The notes beneath the pieces were generated by a model. That model saw nothing but the letters and a program-made list of their open reading frames with translations. It did no database searches and had not been told where the DNA came from. 64,000 bases of DNA from Nitrospirae bacterium JdFR-81. GTDB lineage: Bacteria; Nitrospirota; Thermodesulfovibrionia; UBA6902. The position numbers and the translations under genes are program-made. The stretch is from positions 2,259-66,258 of the forward strand of contig MTOQ01000012.1 of NCBI GenBank assembly GCA_002011735.1, read 5' to 3'. Positions 9,405 through 22,057 of this stretch are shown here, piece after piece; position 1 is the first letter of the stretch; every line of letters starts with the position of its first letter.

Positions 9405-10664
9405 TTATGCCTTCAATGGCGGTATAGTAAATACCGGTGTCCTCTTCTCAAGATACTCATCCGTCACAAATGGCGAGCCAAACCCATACTTCTCTGCACA
9501 CTCCATCACGAGGTCAAACACCTCGGGCCTGAATATGAGCCTCGGTGGCTTTACCCCATCCATCACTATACTCCTGATCAGCGTCCCGCTGAACTTCTGC
9601 CACTCGTCCTTATGGTTACACAGACCCTCGTTTGTGACCTCTCCACAGTGCGGACAGTAGAGCCAGTTCATCGAGAATGTCGGCTTGATCCTCAGCTCAT
9701 CCTGGACAGAGATTATCAGGCGATGGGCATCATAGGGGTCGTAGTAGTCACCAACACCTGCATGATCCCTTCCGAACATATGATGGGTTAGGCCAAGGTT
9801 TGTCCTCAGCATCGAGTGGAAGATGGCCTCCTTTGGCCCTGCATACCTCATGTCCCAGAAGGTAAGGGATACCATGTGATTGTGTGGCCCGAAGTAACCA
9901 GCATCATTCAGCTTCTGGTGGGTGAGGATGATGGCCTCGTCTATATAGTCGCCCTTCCTCTTCTCACCGATGATTGCATTTACAAGCACACCAACGATGG
10001 GCTTCTCAATCGGAAGCTCTCCATAGGCCTGGAGCCATGCACCCTTCATGAGCCATTCATGGCCTGTGTGAGGGACATTCCTCGTCTGATGGGCCACGAT
10101 CCTCTGCCAGCCCTTCTCCCTGAATATCTTCCTCATCTGGAGGGGTGGTATGAAGAATGGCTCAAACGGTGGGTTTATCTTGGGCCTATTGACAAGGGTG
10201 ATCTTGCCACCAAGGAACTTATCCTTATACTTATAGGTCCTTGCACAGCCAGGGTGCTTCTCCTCTGTTGTGCCGAAGACGGACTGGCATATCTCCTTTT
10301 TATCATAGGTATATATCTCCTCGATCTCGAAGATGGCAAGGGGATTATCCTCATAGGTGAGAAGGACCGTGTCGCCTGCCTTTATCCCATAATCAGAGAC
10401 CTCTGCCTCAGAGAGGTCAAAGAGGATGGGGATACTCCAGATCGTGCCGTCCTTCAGCTTCATGGTCTTTACCACAGAGTCCAGGTCATCCTTACCCATA
10501 AACCCCTGAAGGGGGGTGAAGAAGCCATAACCAATATTGATAACCTCTTTTGCGATCTGGTCCCTTACAGGGATGCTCTTGAGGCCCTTTATCCTTTCAA
10601 CGGCCTCCTTCGGTTCAAGTATCCTTTCGACTATCTCCTTTCCACCATGTCCTATCTCAGCCAT
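9405..10664 (-). CDS. sat: Sulfate adenylyltransferase (dissimilatory ATP sulfurylase)
   Basis: QTRNVPHTGHE, MRYAGPKEAIFH, GRDHAGVGDYY, zinc site CPHC..CNH. Confidence 0.96.
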   Translation of the reverse strand: MAEIGHGGKEIVERILEPKEAVERIKGLKSIPVRDQIAKEVINIGYGFFTPLQGFMGKDDLDSVVKTMKLKDGTIWSIPILFDLSEAEVSDYGIKAGDTVLLTYEDNPLAIFEIEEIYTYDKKEICQSVFGTTEEKHPGCARTYKYKDKFLGGKITLVNRPKINPPFEPFFIPPLQMRKIFREKGWQRIVAHQTRNVPHTGHEWLMKGAWLQAYGELPIEKPIVGVLVNAIIGEKRKGDYIDEAIILTHQKLNDAGYFGPHNHMVSLTFWDMRYAGPKEAIFHSMLRTNLGLTHHMFGRDHAGVGDYYDPYDAHRLIISVQDELRIKPTFSMNWLYCPHCGEVTNEGLCNHKDEWQKFSGTLIRSIVMDGVKPPRLIFRPEVFDLVMECAEKYGFGSPFVTDEYLEKRTPVFTIPPLKA

Positions 10665-10692
10665 ATGACCTCTCCTTTCCTTAAAGATTTAT

Positions 10693-11352
10693 TTATTGGT
10701 TTTTGGCTGCACCATCAAGGATCTCACATATCCTGTTAAATATCTCCTCTATACTCCCCCTTCCATCCACAGACCTGAGTATCCCTTTTGCCTTATAATA
10801 ATCAATAAGTGGTGCTGTTGATCTCTGATAGACCTCAAGCCTGTTACGGATGGTCTCCTCCTTGTCGTCATCCCTCTGGTAGAGCTCTCCACCACACTTA
10901 TCACAGACCCCGTCCTTCTTGGGTGGTGAAAAATAGATATTATACATCTGCTGACAGTTCCTGCAAGTCCTCCTGCCCGTGAGCCTCTTCATGAGGTCAT
11001 CGAAAGGCACATCAACACTCAGTGCCACATCAAGGGGCATGTTGAGTTCATTCAACAGCTTATCAAGCTCCTCTGCCTGGGCGGTATTCCTGGGGAATCC
11101 ATCGAGTATATAGCCCTTTTTGCAGTCATCCTGCCCGAGCCTCTCCTTCACCAGCCCTATCACAACAGAGTCAGGGACGAGTTCGCCCCTGTCCATATAG
11201 GATTTTGCCTCTCTCCCAAGGGGCGTGCCATCTGCCACTGCCTTCCTCAGGATATCGCCTGTTGAGATCTGTGGAATCCCGTACTTCTCTATCAGTTTCT
11301 TTGCCTGCGTACCCTTACCAGCGCCAGGTGCGCCTAACAAGACAAGCCTCAT
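10693..11352 (-). CDS. adk: Adenylate kinase with zinc lid
   Basis: GAPGAGKGTQA, LDGFPR, CRNC..CDKC lid, QRDDD. Confidence 0.97.
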   Translation of the reverse strand: MRLVLLGAPGAGKGTQAKKLIEKYGIPQISTGDILRKAVADGTPLGREAKSYMDRGELVPDSVVIGLVKERLGQDDCKKGYILDGFPRNTAQAEELDKLLNELNMPLDVALSVDVPFDDLMKRLTGRRTCRNCQQMYNIYFSPPKKDGVCDKCGGELYQRDDDKEETIRNRLEVYQRSTAPLIDYYKAKGILRSVDGRGSIEEIFNRICEILDGAAKNQ

Positions 11353-11449
11353 CCTTCCCCCCTGTCTTAAGTTTTAAGGATAAAACCCTGATTTAAAGGG
11401 CCTCTTCTGCCTGAAGCAGATAAAACCTTCCCTTGAAAAAACGAATAAT

Positions 11450-11479
11450 ATAATATGAAAGAATCGGCTATAGAGTCAA
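11450..11479 (-). promoter_or_regulatory. Putative sigma70 promoter of the adk-sat-apr-qmo cluster
   Basis: Minus strand TTGACT-N18-TATTAT with a very AT-rich upstream (UP-like) tract at 11480-11510. Confidence 0.5.
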
Positions 11480-11524
11480 TATAAAAATTTAAATTAATTT
11501 ATAATATTTCCTTATAAAACACCC

Positions 11525-13318
11525 TTACTCACCGATATCAAGCCTTAGGCCCAATTCCCTGAGCTGTCTCTCCTCAACGGTTGATGGTGCATTACTCAGG
11601 AGGCACACCGCCTTCTGCGTCTTTGGAAAGGCGATGACATCCCTTATTGATGGGGCGCCGGCCATTATCATCACAAGCCTGTCAAGGCCAAGGGCGATAC
11701 CACCGTGTGGTGGTGCACCGTATTGAAGGGCATCAAGCAGGAACCCAAACTTTGCCTCGGCCTCCTCGGGCGGTATGCCGAGGAGCTCAAACATCCTGTT
11801 CTGGACATCCCTCTTATGTATCCTGATACTCCCACCACCGATCTCATAGCCGTTTAAGACGATATCGTAGGCCTGCGACTTTATGGTGGATATTGCGGAT
11901 TGCGGATCGTGGATCGCTGATCTCTCTATATTAGAAAACAACTCCATATCGGCATCGGCAGGTGAGGTGAATGGATGGTGCATGGCCTGGAACCTCTCCT
12001 CCTCATCATTCCACTCAAAGAGGGGATAATCCACCACCCACAGGAATCTGAACATTCCCTCCTTTATAAGGTCGAGCCGCCCTGCAAGCTCATCCCTCAA
12101 CCTTGACATTGAGCCATTCACCACATCCTCACTGTCTGCAACAAAGAGGAGGAGGTCACCATCCTCTGCCTCCAGCCTCTCGGCAAGTGCCTCCAGCGTC
12201 TGCTGTGGGAAGAACTTTGCTATCGGTGACTCAAAACCCTCCTTCACCTTTATCCATGCAAGGCCCTTTGCCCCAAAGCCCTGAACCTGCCTGGTCAGGT
12301 CGTCAAGCTCCTTCCTTGAGTAACGGGCAAGACCCTTTGCGTTTATACCCTTTACAATCCCTCCCTCTGAGAGGGTGTCGAGAAAGACCCTGAAGGATGA
12401 GTCCTTCACTATATCGCTGACCTCCCGCAGCTCCAGGGAAAACCTGAGGTCAGGTTTATCGGTCCCGAACCTCCCCATCGCCTCTTCATAGCTCAGCCTC
12501 TCAAAGGGTATATCCACCTCCACATCCAGGACATCCCTGAAGAGCCTCCTCATCATCTCCTCTACAATGGCGATCACATCATCACTGGTCACAAAGGACA
12601 TTTCAAGGTCTATCTGGGTAAACTCGGGCTGTCTGTCTGCCCTGAGGTCTTCATCCCTGAAGCACTTCACTATCTGATAATACCTCTCCACCCCTGAAAC
12701 CATGAGTATCTGCTTAAAGAGCTGCGGTGACTGGGGCAGGGCATAGAAGTGTCCTGGGTTGAGCCTGCTCGGGACGAGATAGTCCCTGGCACCCTCAGGG
12801 GTACTCTTTGTAAGCACAGGTGTCTCTATCTCCAGAAATCCCTTTGAGTCAAGGAAATCCCTTACAGACTTCGTCGCCCTGTGCCTGAGGATCATATTCC
12901 TCATAATGGATGGCCTCCTGAGATCAAGGTATCTATGCCTGAACCTCAGGAACTCGGATGCCTCTATGTTATCCTCGATTGCAAACGGAAGGGGTCTGCA
13001 TTCATTAAGGACACGGAGTTCTCTGGCCACCACCTCCACACTCCCTGTGGGTATGGAGGGGTTCTCGGTGCCTTCAGGCCTCCTCCTGACCTCTCCCTTT
13101 ATATAGAGCACATATTCACTCCTTATCCTGTGTGCCTGCTCGTGGATCTCGGGGTCGACCTCGGGGCTGAAGACCACTTGGACCACACCGCTCCTGTCCC
13201 TGAGATCAATGAACACCACACCCCCGTGGTCACGCCACCTGCCTGCCCAGCCACACAGAGAGATGGTGGAGCCTATATCGCTCTCCCTTATCTCACCACA
13301 ACCCTTATCCTTTAACAT
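11525..13318 (-). CDS. aspS: Aspartyl-tRNA synthetase (probably non-discriminating)
   Basis: [55 protein letters not shown]. The His in RDHGG is typical of ND-AspRS. Confidence 0.97.
   Translation of the reverse strand: MLKDKGCGEIRESDIGSTISLCGWAGRWRDHGGVVFIDLRDRSGVVQVVFSPEVDPEIHEQAHRIRSEYVLYIKGEVRRRPEGTENPSIPTGSVEVVARELRVLNECRPLPFAIEDNIEASEFLRFRHRYLDLRRPSIMRNMILRHRATKSVRDFLDSKGFLEIETPVLTKSTPEGARDYLVPSRLNPGHFYALPQSPQLFKQILMVSGVERYYQIVKCFRDEDLRADRQPEFTQIDLEMSFVTSDDVIAIVEEMMRRLFRDVLDVEVDIPFERLSYEEAMGRFGTDKPDLRFSLELREVSDIVKDSSFRVFLDTLSEGGIVKGINAKGLARYSRKELDDLTRQVQGFGAKGLAWIKVKEGFESPIAKFFPQQTLEALAERLEAEDGDLLLFVADSEDVVNGSMSRLRDELAGRLDLIKEGMFRFLWVVDYPLFEWNDEEERFQAMHHPFTSPADADMELFSNIERSAIHDPQSAISTIKSQAYDIVLNGYEIGGGSIRIHKRDVQNRMFELLGIPPEEAEAKFGFLLDALQYGAPPHGGIALGLDRLVMIMAGAPSIRDVIAFPKTQKAVCLLSNAPSTVEERQLRELGLRLDIGE
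11892..11919. repeat. Four-copy heptamer repeat inside the aspS coding sequence
   Basis: ATTGCGG ATTGCGG ATCGTGG ATCGCTG on the + strand; encodes [10 protein letters not shown] in AspS. Confidence 0.7.
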
Positions 13319-14039
13319 GTCCTCCCATCACCTCTCTCTTGAGCCTCTTCACCTCATCTGGTGTGAGGTATCGGAAGTTACCAGGTGGCAGGTCACCCAG
13401 CTCTATACCGTCAATCCTTATCCTCTTCAACTTTATAACAGGATGACCGATCCTCTCGAACATCCTCCTCACCTGCCTCTTCCTGCCCTCGTGTATCGTC
13501 ACCTCAAACCATGAATTTGCCCTTGTCTTCTTTATCAGCCTCACCTTTGCCGGTGCCGTCACACCATCCTTGAGCCTTATGCCCTTCTGGAGTTTCGTTA
13601 TCTCCTCATCCTCTAAGAACCCATCAACCTTTACATGGTATGTCTTTGGTATCCTGTGGGATGGATGCAGTATGGCACTCGCAAGGTCACCATCGTTTGT
13701 AAGGATCAGCAGGCCCTCTGAGTTATAATCGAGCCTTCCCACAGGATATACCCTCACCTTCACCCTCTTCAGAAAGTCCTTGATCGTTGGCCTCCCCTGG
13801 GGATCATGGAGTGATGTGATACATCCCCTTGGTTTATTAAATATGAGGTAAACCTTTGGTTCCACCCCCCTTATGAGCTTACCATCAACCTTTATATGAT
13901 CCTTTGTGATATCGGCCTTCATCCCGAGTGTTGCGACCTTTCCGTTGACCGTCACCCTTCCCTCAAGTATCATCTCTTCTGCCTTTCTCCTTGATGCGAT
14001 CCCGCACCTTGAAAGGATCTTCTGGAGCCTCTCCTGCAT
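13305..14039 (-). CDS. rluB: 23S rRNA pseudouridine synthase, RluB/RsuA family
   Basis: Start reset to [10 protein letters not shown] (S4 domain). [24 protein letters not shown]. Confidence 0.88.
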   Translation of the reverse strand: MQERLQKILSRCGIASRRKAEEMILEGRVTVNGKVATLGMKADITKDHIKVDGKLIRGVEPKVYLIFNKPRGCITSLHDPQGRPTIKDFLKRVKVRVYPVGRLDYNSEGLLILTNDGDLASAILHPSHRIPKTYHVKVDGFLEDEEITKLQKGIRLKDGVTAPAKVRLIKKTRANSWFEVTIHEGRKRQVRRMFERIGHPVIKLKRIRIDGIELGDLPPGNFRYLTPDEVKRLKREVMGGHVKG

Positions 14040-14189
14040 AAGTCTCGGGCTTTGAAGCCTTGAATCCTGAGCTGTTATAGTGCCATATATTATCACAAAT
14101 CCCTTTTCTTTGCATATCTCCCAAGGAAAAACAGGGGTTGTATGAAATGCCTTTGGTAATTTATCCCTTGAGTATGTTATATTTGGATG

Positions 14190-14948
14190 ATGCCCTATAG
14201 TACCCATGTAATAAGGCTCTTGGAGAAGATAGAACCCTCACTCAGGGAGGTGTTGATAGCGATCCTGGATGAGATAGAGAGGCAGAGGGAGGAGACCATA
14301 ACAAGGAGGGAGTTTCGGGAATTTGTAAGACATACAGATGAAAACTTCAAGGAGGTCTGGAAGGCTATAAGGGAGCTTACAGAGGCCCAGAAAAGGACTG
14401 AAGAACGAATGGAAGAGCTTACAGAAGCCCAGAAAAGAACCGAAGAACGAATGGAAGAACTTACAGAGGCCCAAAGAAAAACCGAGGAGGAGCTAAAAGA
14501 GCTCGTCTCCGAACATGGCAAGACCAGAGACATTGTTGCAGGGCTCTCAGATACTGTCGGATACACCTTGGAAGATAGAATATTCCCCTATATAAGGGAG
14601 TTCGCAAAAAAGGAATACGGGGTAAAGGTGGAGGTGCTGGACAGAAGGAATATACTCTATCCTGATGGCAGGTTTGACGAGGTAAACATATATATAGAGG
14701 GTCGTAAGAACGGCAAGAAGGTATATCTGATAGGTGAATGCAAGGCAAGGCCTGGAAGAAGGGAGATATCAAGATTCTCAAAGATGCTCAAGAGGGTAAA
14801 GGAACACCTTGGCGCAGAGGTAGAGGGCTTTATAGTTGGCTATTACTATTCACCTGCTATTGAAAAATACCTGAGAGAAAGGCACCCTGAGATAAAGGCG
14901 ATGAAGAGCTTTGAATTCGAACTCCGATACAGCCGTAGGGTGCCATGA
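14190..14948 (+). CDS. Coiled-coil repeat protein with a C-terminal PD-(D/E)XK-like domain (DUF3782-like)
   Basis: ELTEAQKRTEERME repeats, then VGYTLED..EVNIY..IGECK. Start could be 14187 or 14190. Confidence 0.7.
   Translation: MPYSTHVIRLLEKIEPSLREVLIAILDEIERQREETITRREFREFVRHTDENFKEVWKAIRELTEAQKRTEERMEELTEAQKRTEERMEELTEAQRKTEEELKELVSEHGKTRDIVAGLSDTVGYTLEDRIFPYIREFAKKEYGVKVEVLDRRNILYPDGRFDEVNIYIEGRKNGKKVYLIGECKARPGRREISRFSKMLKRVKEHLGAEVEGFIVGYYYSPAIEKYLRERHPEIKAMKSFEFELRYSRRVP
14373..14498 (+). repeat. Three 42-bp in-frame tandem repeats (14-aa coiled-coil units)
   Basis: GAGCTTACAGAGGCCCAGAAAAGGACTGAAGAACGAATGGAA and two diverged copies. Confidence 0.85.
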
Positions 14949-15021
14949 TCTCTCATCTCGCCCTAAAGGGTTCCCTTGCCTCCACATACCAAAGATCCTT
15001 AAGGCAGGATAGCCTGTTAAC

Positions 15022-15438
15022 TTAATATCCACTCTCGTATTTCTCTGATTCGCAGACCTCTTTGATCTGATCCTTTATCAGCCTGCCATCCTCCCAGACC
15101 CTCTCACGCACCTTGTGGCACTTTGTGTGGGCATTGTAATCGATGGGGTCTGCCCTGTAAACGCCCCTGCCATCGGTCGTCTTGTATACGACCGGCCTGC
15201 CTGTCTGCGCAGCCTCCCTTGATGCCTGCATGGAGATATCGGTCAGTGTCGCACCCAGCACACTCCCAAGGGCTGCTCCGATAACACCGCCACGCCATGG
15301 GTTCTTCCTGTCAAGGAGTGCTCCGGCCACACCCCCTATGGCACCACCAGCAGCGGCACCACGGGCATGATATTCAGTGCACCCATACAAGAGGGCAAGA
15401 AGGGAGAACAAGGTTATCAATGATGCTATCTTCTTCAT
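15022..15438 (-). CDS. Glycine-zipper lipoprotein
   Basis: Lipobox LLYGC, GAAAGGAIGGVAGA and GGVIGAALG zipper, AAGGAGG RBS. Confidence 0.85.
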   Translation of the reverse strand: MKKIASLITLFSLLALLYGCTEYHARGAAAGGAIGGVAGALLDRKNPWRGGVIGAALGSVLGATLTDISMQASREAAQTGRPVVYKTTDGRGVYRADPIDYNAHTKCHKVRERVWEDGRLIKDQIKEVCESEKYESGY

Positions 15439-15470
15439 GTCCCCTCCTTTCTTTTGATCAATCTTTATTT

Positions 15471-15479
15471 ATTATAACA
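15471..15479 (-). promoter_or_regulatory. Extended -10 promoter element for the lipoprotein gene
   Basis: Perfect TG-T-TATAAT on the minus strand, 32 bp upstream of the ATG. Confidence 0.6.
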
Positions 15480-15494
15480 TTTATACCCACTATT

Positions 15495-17033
15495 TTATTC
15501 CCACTCGATCGTGCTCGGTGGCTTTGAGCTTATGTCATAGACCACCCTGTTCACACCCTCCACCTCATTGATGATCCTGTTGGATATGGTGCCCATGACA
15601 TCATAGGGCAGCCTTGCCCAGTCCGCGGTCATACCATCAACGCTCTTCACTGCCCTGATGGCTATCACATGCTCATATGTCCTCTCATCACCCATAACAC
15701 CCACGGTCTTTATGGGTAGCAGCACTGCAAAGGCCTGCCAGAGCTCATTATAAAGACCTGCCCTCTTTATCTCCTCAAGGACTATGGCGTCTGCCTTCCT
15801 GAGTATATCACACCGCTCGGGCGTCACCTCACCGATGATCCTTATGGCAAGACCTGGGCCAGGGAACGGATGCCTGTTTATGACCTCCTCAGGCATACCA
15901 AGCTCCCTCCCGAGCGCCCTCACCTCGTCCTTGAAGAGCTCCCTCAGTGGCTCGATCAACTGGAGGTTCATGTCCTTTAAAAGGCCTCCGACATTATGAT
16001 GGCTCTTTATGGTGGCAGAAGGGCCTTTAAAGGATGTGCTCTCTATTACATCAGGGTATAGCGTCCCCTGTGCCAGATACCTCACGCCCCTGATCTTCCT
16101 GGCCTCCTCCTCGAATATCCTTATAAACTCATTGCCGATGAGCTTCCTCTTTAATTCAGGGTCTGTGACCCCATTCAGCATCCTGAGGAACCTCTCCGAT
16201 GCATCAACGCATACTATATTCATGTGGAAGTGTCGCCTGAGGGTCCTCTCCACCTTCCTGGCCTCTCCTGTCCTGAGCACACCGTTGTCGACAAAGATGC
16301 ATGTGAGCTGTTGTCCTATGGCCCTGTGCACCAGAACCGCTGTGACAGCAGAATCCACCCCTCCACTGATCGCACACACCACCCTGTCCCTCCCCACCCT
16401 CTCCCTTATCTCATCAACCGTGGTCTCTATGAATGACCTCATGGTCCACAGGGGTCTGCACTTACAGATATTAAAGATGAAGTTCCTCAGCATATCCATC
16501 CCGTGCTCTGTGTGAACCACTTCAGGATGGAACTGGAAGGCAAATAGACCCCTCCTCTTATCTGCCATCGCTGCAATGGGTGAGTTATCGGTGTGGGCAA
16601 TGGATGCAAAGCCCTCAGGGCATCGGAGTATCCTGTCTCCATGGCTCATCCACACCACACTCTTCTGCCTTATCCCCTTGAATATACCTGCCCTCTCGTC
16701 AATCAACAGGGTGGCCCTACCATACTCCCTCTTCCTGCTCCTTGTGACCCTTCCACCAAGCATATGGGCCATCACCTGCATACCATAGCATATGCCGAGG
16801 ATGGGCACACCGAGTTCAAACACCCTCTTATCAGGCAGGGGTGCATCCCTGTCATATACACTGGATGGACCACCGGAGAGGATTATACCCTTCGGAGAGA
16901 ACCCCTTTATCCTCTCGATCGGGGCATTAAATGGAAATATCTCTGAATAGACCCTGTTCTCCCTGATACGCCTCGCTATAAGCTGGGTGTACTGGGAGCC
17001 AAAGTCAAGGACAAGGATACTCTCTTCGTGCAT
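15495..17033 (-). CDS. guaA: GMP synthase (glutamine-hydrolysing)
   Basis: [42 protein letters not shown]. Confidence 0.98.
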   Translation of the reverse strand: MHEESILVLDFGSQYTQLIARRIRENRVYSEIFPFNAPIERIKGFSPKGIILSGGPSSVYDRDAPLPDKRVFELGVPILGICYGMQVMAHMLGGRVTRSRKREYGRATLLIDERAGIFKGIRQKSVVWMSHGDRILRCPEGFASIAHTDNSPIAAMADKRRGLFAFQFHPEVVHTEHGMDMLRNFIFNICKCRPLWTMRSFIETTVDEIRERVGRDRVVCAISGGVDSAVTAVLVHRAIGQQLTCIFVDNGVLRTGEARKVERTLRRHFHMNIVCVDASERFLRMLNGVTDPELKRKLIGNEFIRIFEEEARKIRGVRYLAQGTLYPDVIESTSFKGPSATIKSHHNVGGLLKDMNLQLIEPLRELFKDEVRALGRELGMPEEVINRHPFPGPGLAIRIIGEVTPERCDILRKADAIVLEEIKRAGLYNELWQAFAVLLPIKTVGVMGDERTYEHVIAIRAVKSVDGMTADWARLPYDVMGTISNRIINEVEGVNRVVYDISSKPPSTIEWE

Positions 17034-17043
17034 GATCTCTCGG

Positions 17044-19471
<2,428 letters not shown>

Positions 19472-19663
19472 GAGACCCTGAAAAACATCAGGAGATTGTA
19501 ATTATGCCACCTATCATATTTTTAATCAAGCACCAAGCAGGATCAGACAGGAAAAGATATTTGGTGTTATTATATAATAAATATCGCACTGAAACCGTCT
19601 CCCATGATTTATCCTTTGATGGTCCTTTTCTGACAGCCTTTCTGCCTTCAAGATTCAAGGATT

Positions 19664-21193
19664 ATGACCCTGAGACCACAGGACTCCCTGTCAGAAGAGG
19701 AGAGGGAGAAAGGGCTGGGATATGTGATAAAGGACGGCCTGAGCTCTCAGGCCATGTCCACCCTGACAGGCGGTGTCTTCCTCGTTGCACTTGCGCTCTC
19801 ACTGGGTGCCTCCAATAAGACGATAGGACTGCTTGCCTCGATACCACCATTTATGACCTCCTTCAGATACATCCATATTCTTTGTAGAGAGAATCAGGAA
19901 CAGGAAGCTCCTCACGATAATATTCTCGGCTATAAGCAGGACATTCCTCCTGTGCATTGCTATATTCTCCGTCTTCTCACCTCCCCGTGTCGCACTCCGT
20001 ATGCTCGTGGTATTTATACTCTTTCACATGGCATTCGCCGCTGTATCAGGCTGTAGCTGGAACTCATGGATGAGAGACCTCATCCCTGATGAGAGGCTCG
20101 GGCAATTCTATTCAAAGAGGATGAGGCTCCAGACCCTTGTGGGGATAGTACTGAGCCTGCTCGCAGGATGGTTCATCGACTACTGGAAGGGCCTCCTTCC
20201 ACAGGAGGAGCTCTATGCGTATGCCCTCCTCTTCCTCATTGGTGGGATTATAGGCATCATAGGAGTCCACTACATATCCTCCATACCAGAGCCTGAGATG
20301 CCGTCACCTGAGAAGGGCCATGGCCTTTTCGGCATCCTCCTGTCTCCGGTTAAAAACCAGAATTTCAAAAACCTCCTGGTATTCCTTGGCTCCTGGAACT
20401 TTGCTGTCAACCTCGCCTCTCCCTTCTTCACCGTATATATGTTGAAGAAGCTGAACCTCACCATGTCCAATGTGGTCTTCCTGACCGTGTTGAGCCAGAT
20501 TGCAAACTTTACATTTCTGAGGATATGGGGGAGGTTCACAGACCGTTACAGTAACAAGTCGGTCCTGCGCATCAGTGGGCCACTCTTCATGCTCTCTGTC
20601 CTTGCTGGACATTCACCACAATGCCAGAGAGGCATGTATTAACCATACCCCTCCTGATAGGGATCCACATCTTCACGGGCATCTCTACTGCTGGGATCAC
20701 CCTTGCCCAGGGCAACATCGGGCTCAAACTCGCCCCAAGGGGAGAGGCAACGGCCTATCTTGCCTCAATAAGTGTCGTCAACTCCGTTATGGCAGGCATA
20801 GCGCCACTCATCGGTGGTGCCCTTGCAGACTACCTCTCCAAATACGAACTCTCTATGATCCTCAAATGGAAGACGCCACTCAGGGAGATCCTCATCCCAA
20901 CGCTTTATATAGAAGGATGGGATTTCTTCTTCCTGTTTGCATTCCTTATAGGAATGTATTCCACCTACAGGCTCTCCCGTGTCACCGAGGAGGGTGAGGT
21001 CAGGGATAGGGTTGTAATCGATGCCCTTGTCTCCGAGGTGATAAAGAACATGCGGAACCTGAGCACAGCAGGCGGCCTCTATCAGGTCTTCTTCTCACCC
21101 GTCACCCTGCTCGGCCATCCTCTGAGAAGGCTCCTTAAGAGGATCAATGACACCAGGGAGAATAACGGCAGACACAAGGGTGGAGGACCATGA
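19664..21193 (+). pseudogene. MFS transporter interrupted by three 1-nt deletions (pseudogene or sequencing error)
   Basis: Three consecutive ORFs (19664, 20001, 20621) carry successive parts of one MFS protein (WNSWMRDLIP..GQFYSKR, WGRFTDRYSNK). Restoring one base near each of 19856, 19870 and 20605 gives a continuous protein of about 510 aa. Confidence 0.8.
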
Positions 21194-21205
21194 ACAGACC
21201 ATCCC

Positions 21206-21898
21206 CTATGAGATAAGCTGCCTCTTCTTGAATGATGGGTTGAGACGTATGAGTTTATTATCGAGCACGGTTATCTCCCCCTCCTTCTGCCATCTGTCAA
21301 TGACCCTTGTGACGGTCTCCCTTGACATGCCTGTCATATCGGCCATATCCTGATGCGACAGCCTTATATTGAGCACGATACCGCCATCTGTCTCCCTGCC
21401 GTGCTCCTCTGAAAGCATAAAGAAGAGCATCCTCAACCTCTGGGTGGCATTATTAAAGGTCAACAGCTTGATGGTATCCCATGCAGTCCTCAACCTTGAA
21501 GACAATATCTGCAGGAGACTCTGAAGCACCTTGTGGTGTGAGAGTAGCATGGAGTAGAACTCCTTCCTGGAGATGATGGCCACCAGCGACTCCTCTGTCG
21601 CCACCACTGATGCAGGGGTTGTCTTGCCGTTGATCAGAGACATCTCACCGAAGAAGTCGCCTGTCTGGTGCATCGCAAGGATGACCTCTTTCCCCTCCCC
21701 TGTGGTCTTGATCACCTTGACCTTCCCCGAGAGGATTATGTACATAAACTGATTGGTATCCTCCTCATAGAGTATCGTCTCGTTCTTGCCATAGGATTTC
21801 ACAATCAGACCCTCATTTATCTGGCCCAGTTCCTCATCGGTCAGGGAGGAGAATAGCTGTATCTTTCTGAGGAGCTCTATCCTTCTCCTGTCTTCCAT
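21206..21898 (-). CDS. Crp/Fnr family transcriptional regulator
   Basis: cNMP-binding fold (GDFFGEMSL) and HTH LSHQDMADMTGMSRETVTR. Start reset to MEDRRRIELL. Confidence 0.93.
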   Translation of the reverse strand: MEDRRRIELLRKIQLFSSLTDEELGQINEGLIVKSYGKNETILYEEDTNQFMYIILSGKVKVIKTTGEGKEVILAMHQTGDFFGEMSLINGKTTPASVVATEESLVAIISRKEFYSMLLSHHKVLQSLLQILSSRLRTAWDTIKLLTFNNATQRLRMLFFMLSEEHGRETDGGIVLNIRLSHQDMADMTGMSRETVTRVIDRWQKEGEITVLDNKLIRLNPSFKKRQLIS

Positions 21899-21951
21899 GC
21901 CTTTTATCAGACTATGCCCACATTTCTTTAATGGAAATTTAAACATATCAT

Positions 21952-21965
21952 TTGAGAAATATCAA
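21952..21965. promoter_or_regulatory. Fnr-box-like palindrome in the divergent crp/DGC intergenic region
   Basis: TTGAG-AAAT-ATCAA, one mismatch from TTGAT-N4-ATCAA. Confidence 0.35.
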
Positions 21966-22057
21966 CTTTTTATCAAGCCCGATTCAAATTATAAACAGGG
22001 CCTTTATAGAAATATAAAGGCGTTTCGTTTACAATTTAAGAAAACGGAGCCCTTGGC

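Noticed and set aside
9816..10739. 307-aa plus-strand ORF
   Set aside because: Antisense shadow of sat, with no motifs.
11353..11524. Rex operator upstream of adk-sat
   Set aside because: No TTGTGAA-N4-TTCACAA-like site; the TAAATTAATTTA palindrome is expected by chance in such AT-rich DNA.
14040..14207. N-terminal extension of RluB in the ORF track
   Set aside because: It crosses the divergent promoter region and the next gene's start; the family N-terminus is MQERLQK at 14039.
14373..14498. Possible CRISPR array
   Set aside because: The repeats are contiguous, in frame and vary at synonymous sites, with no spacers and no cas genes.
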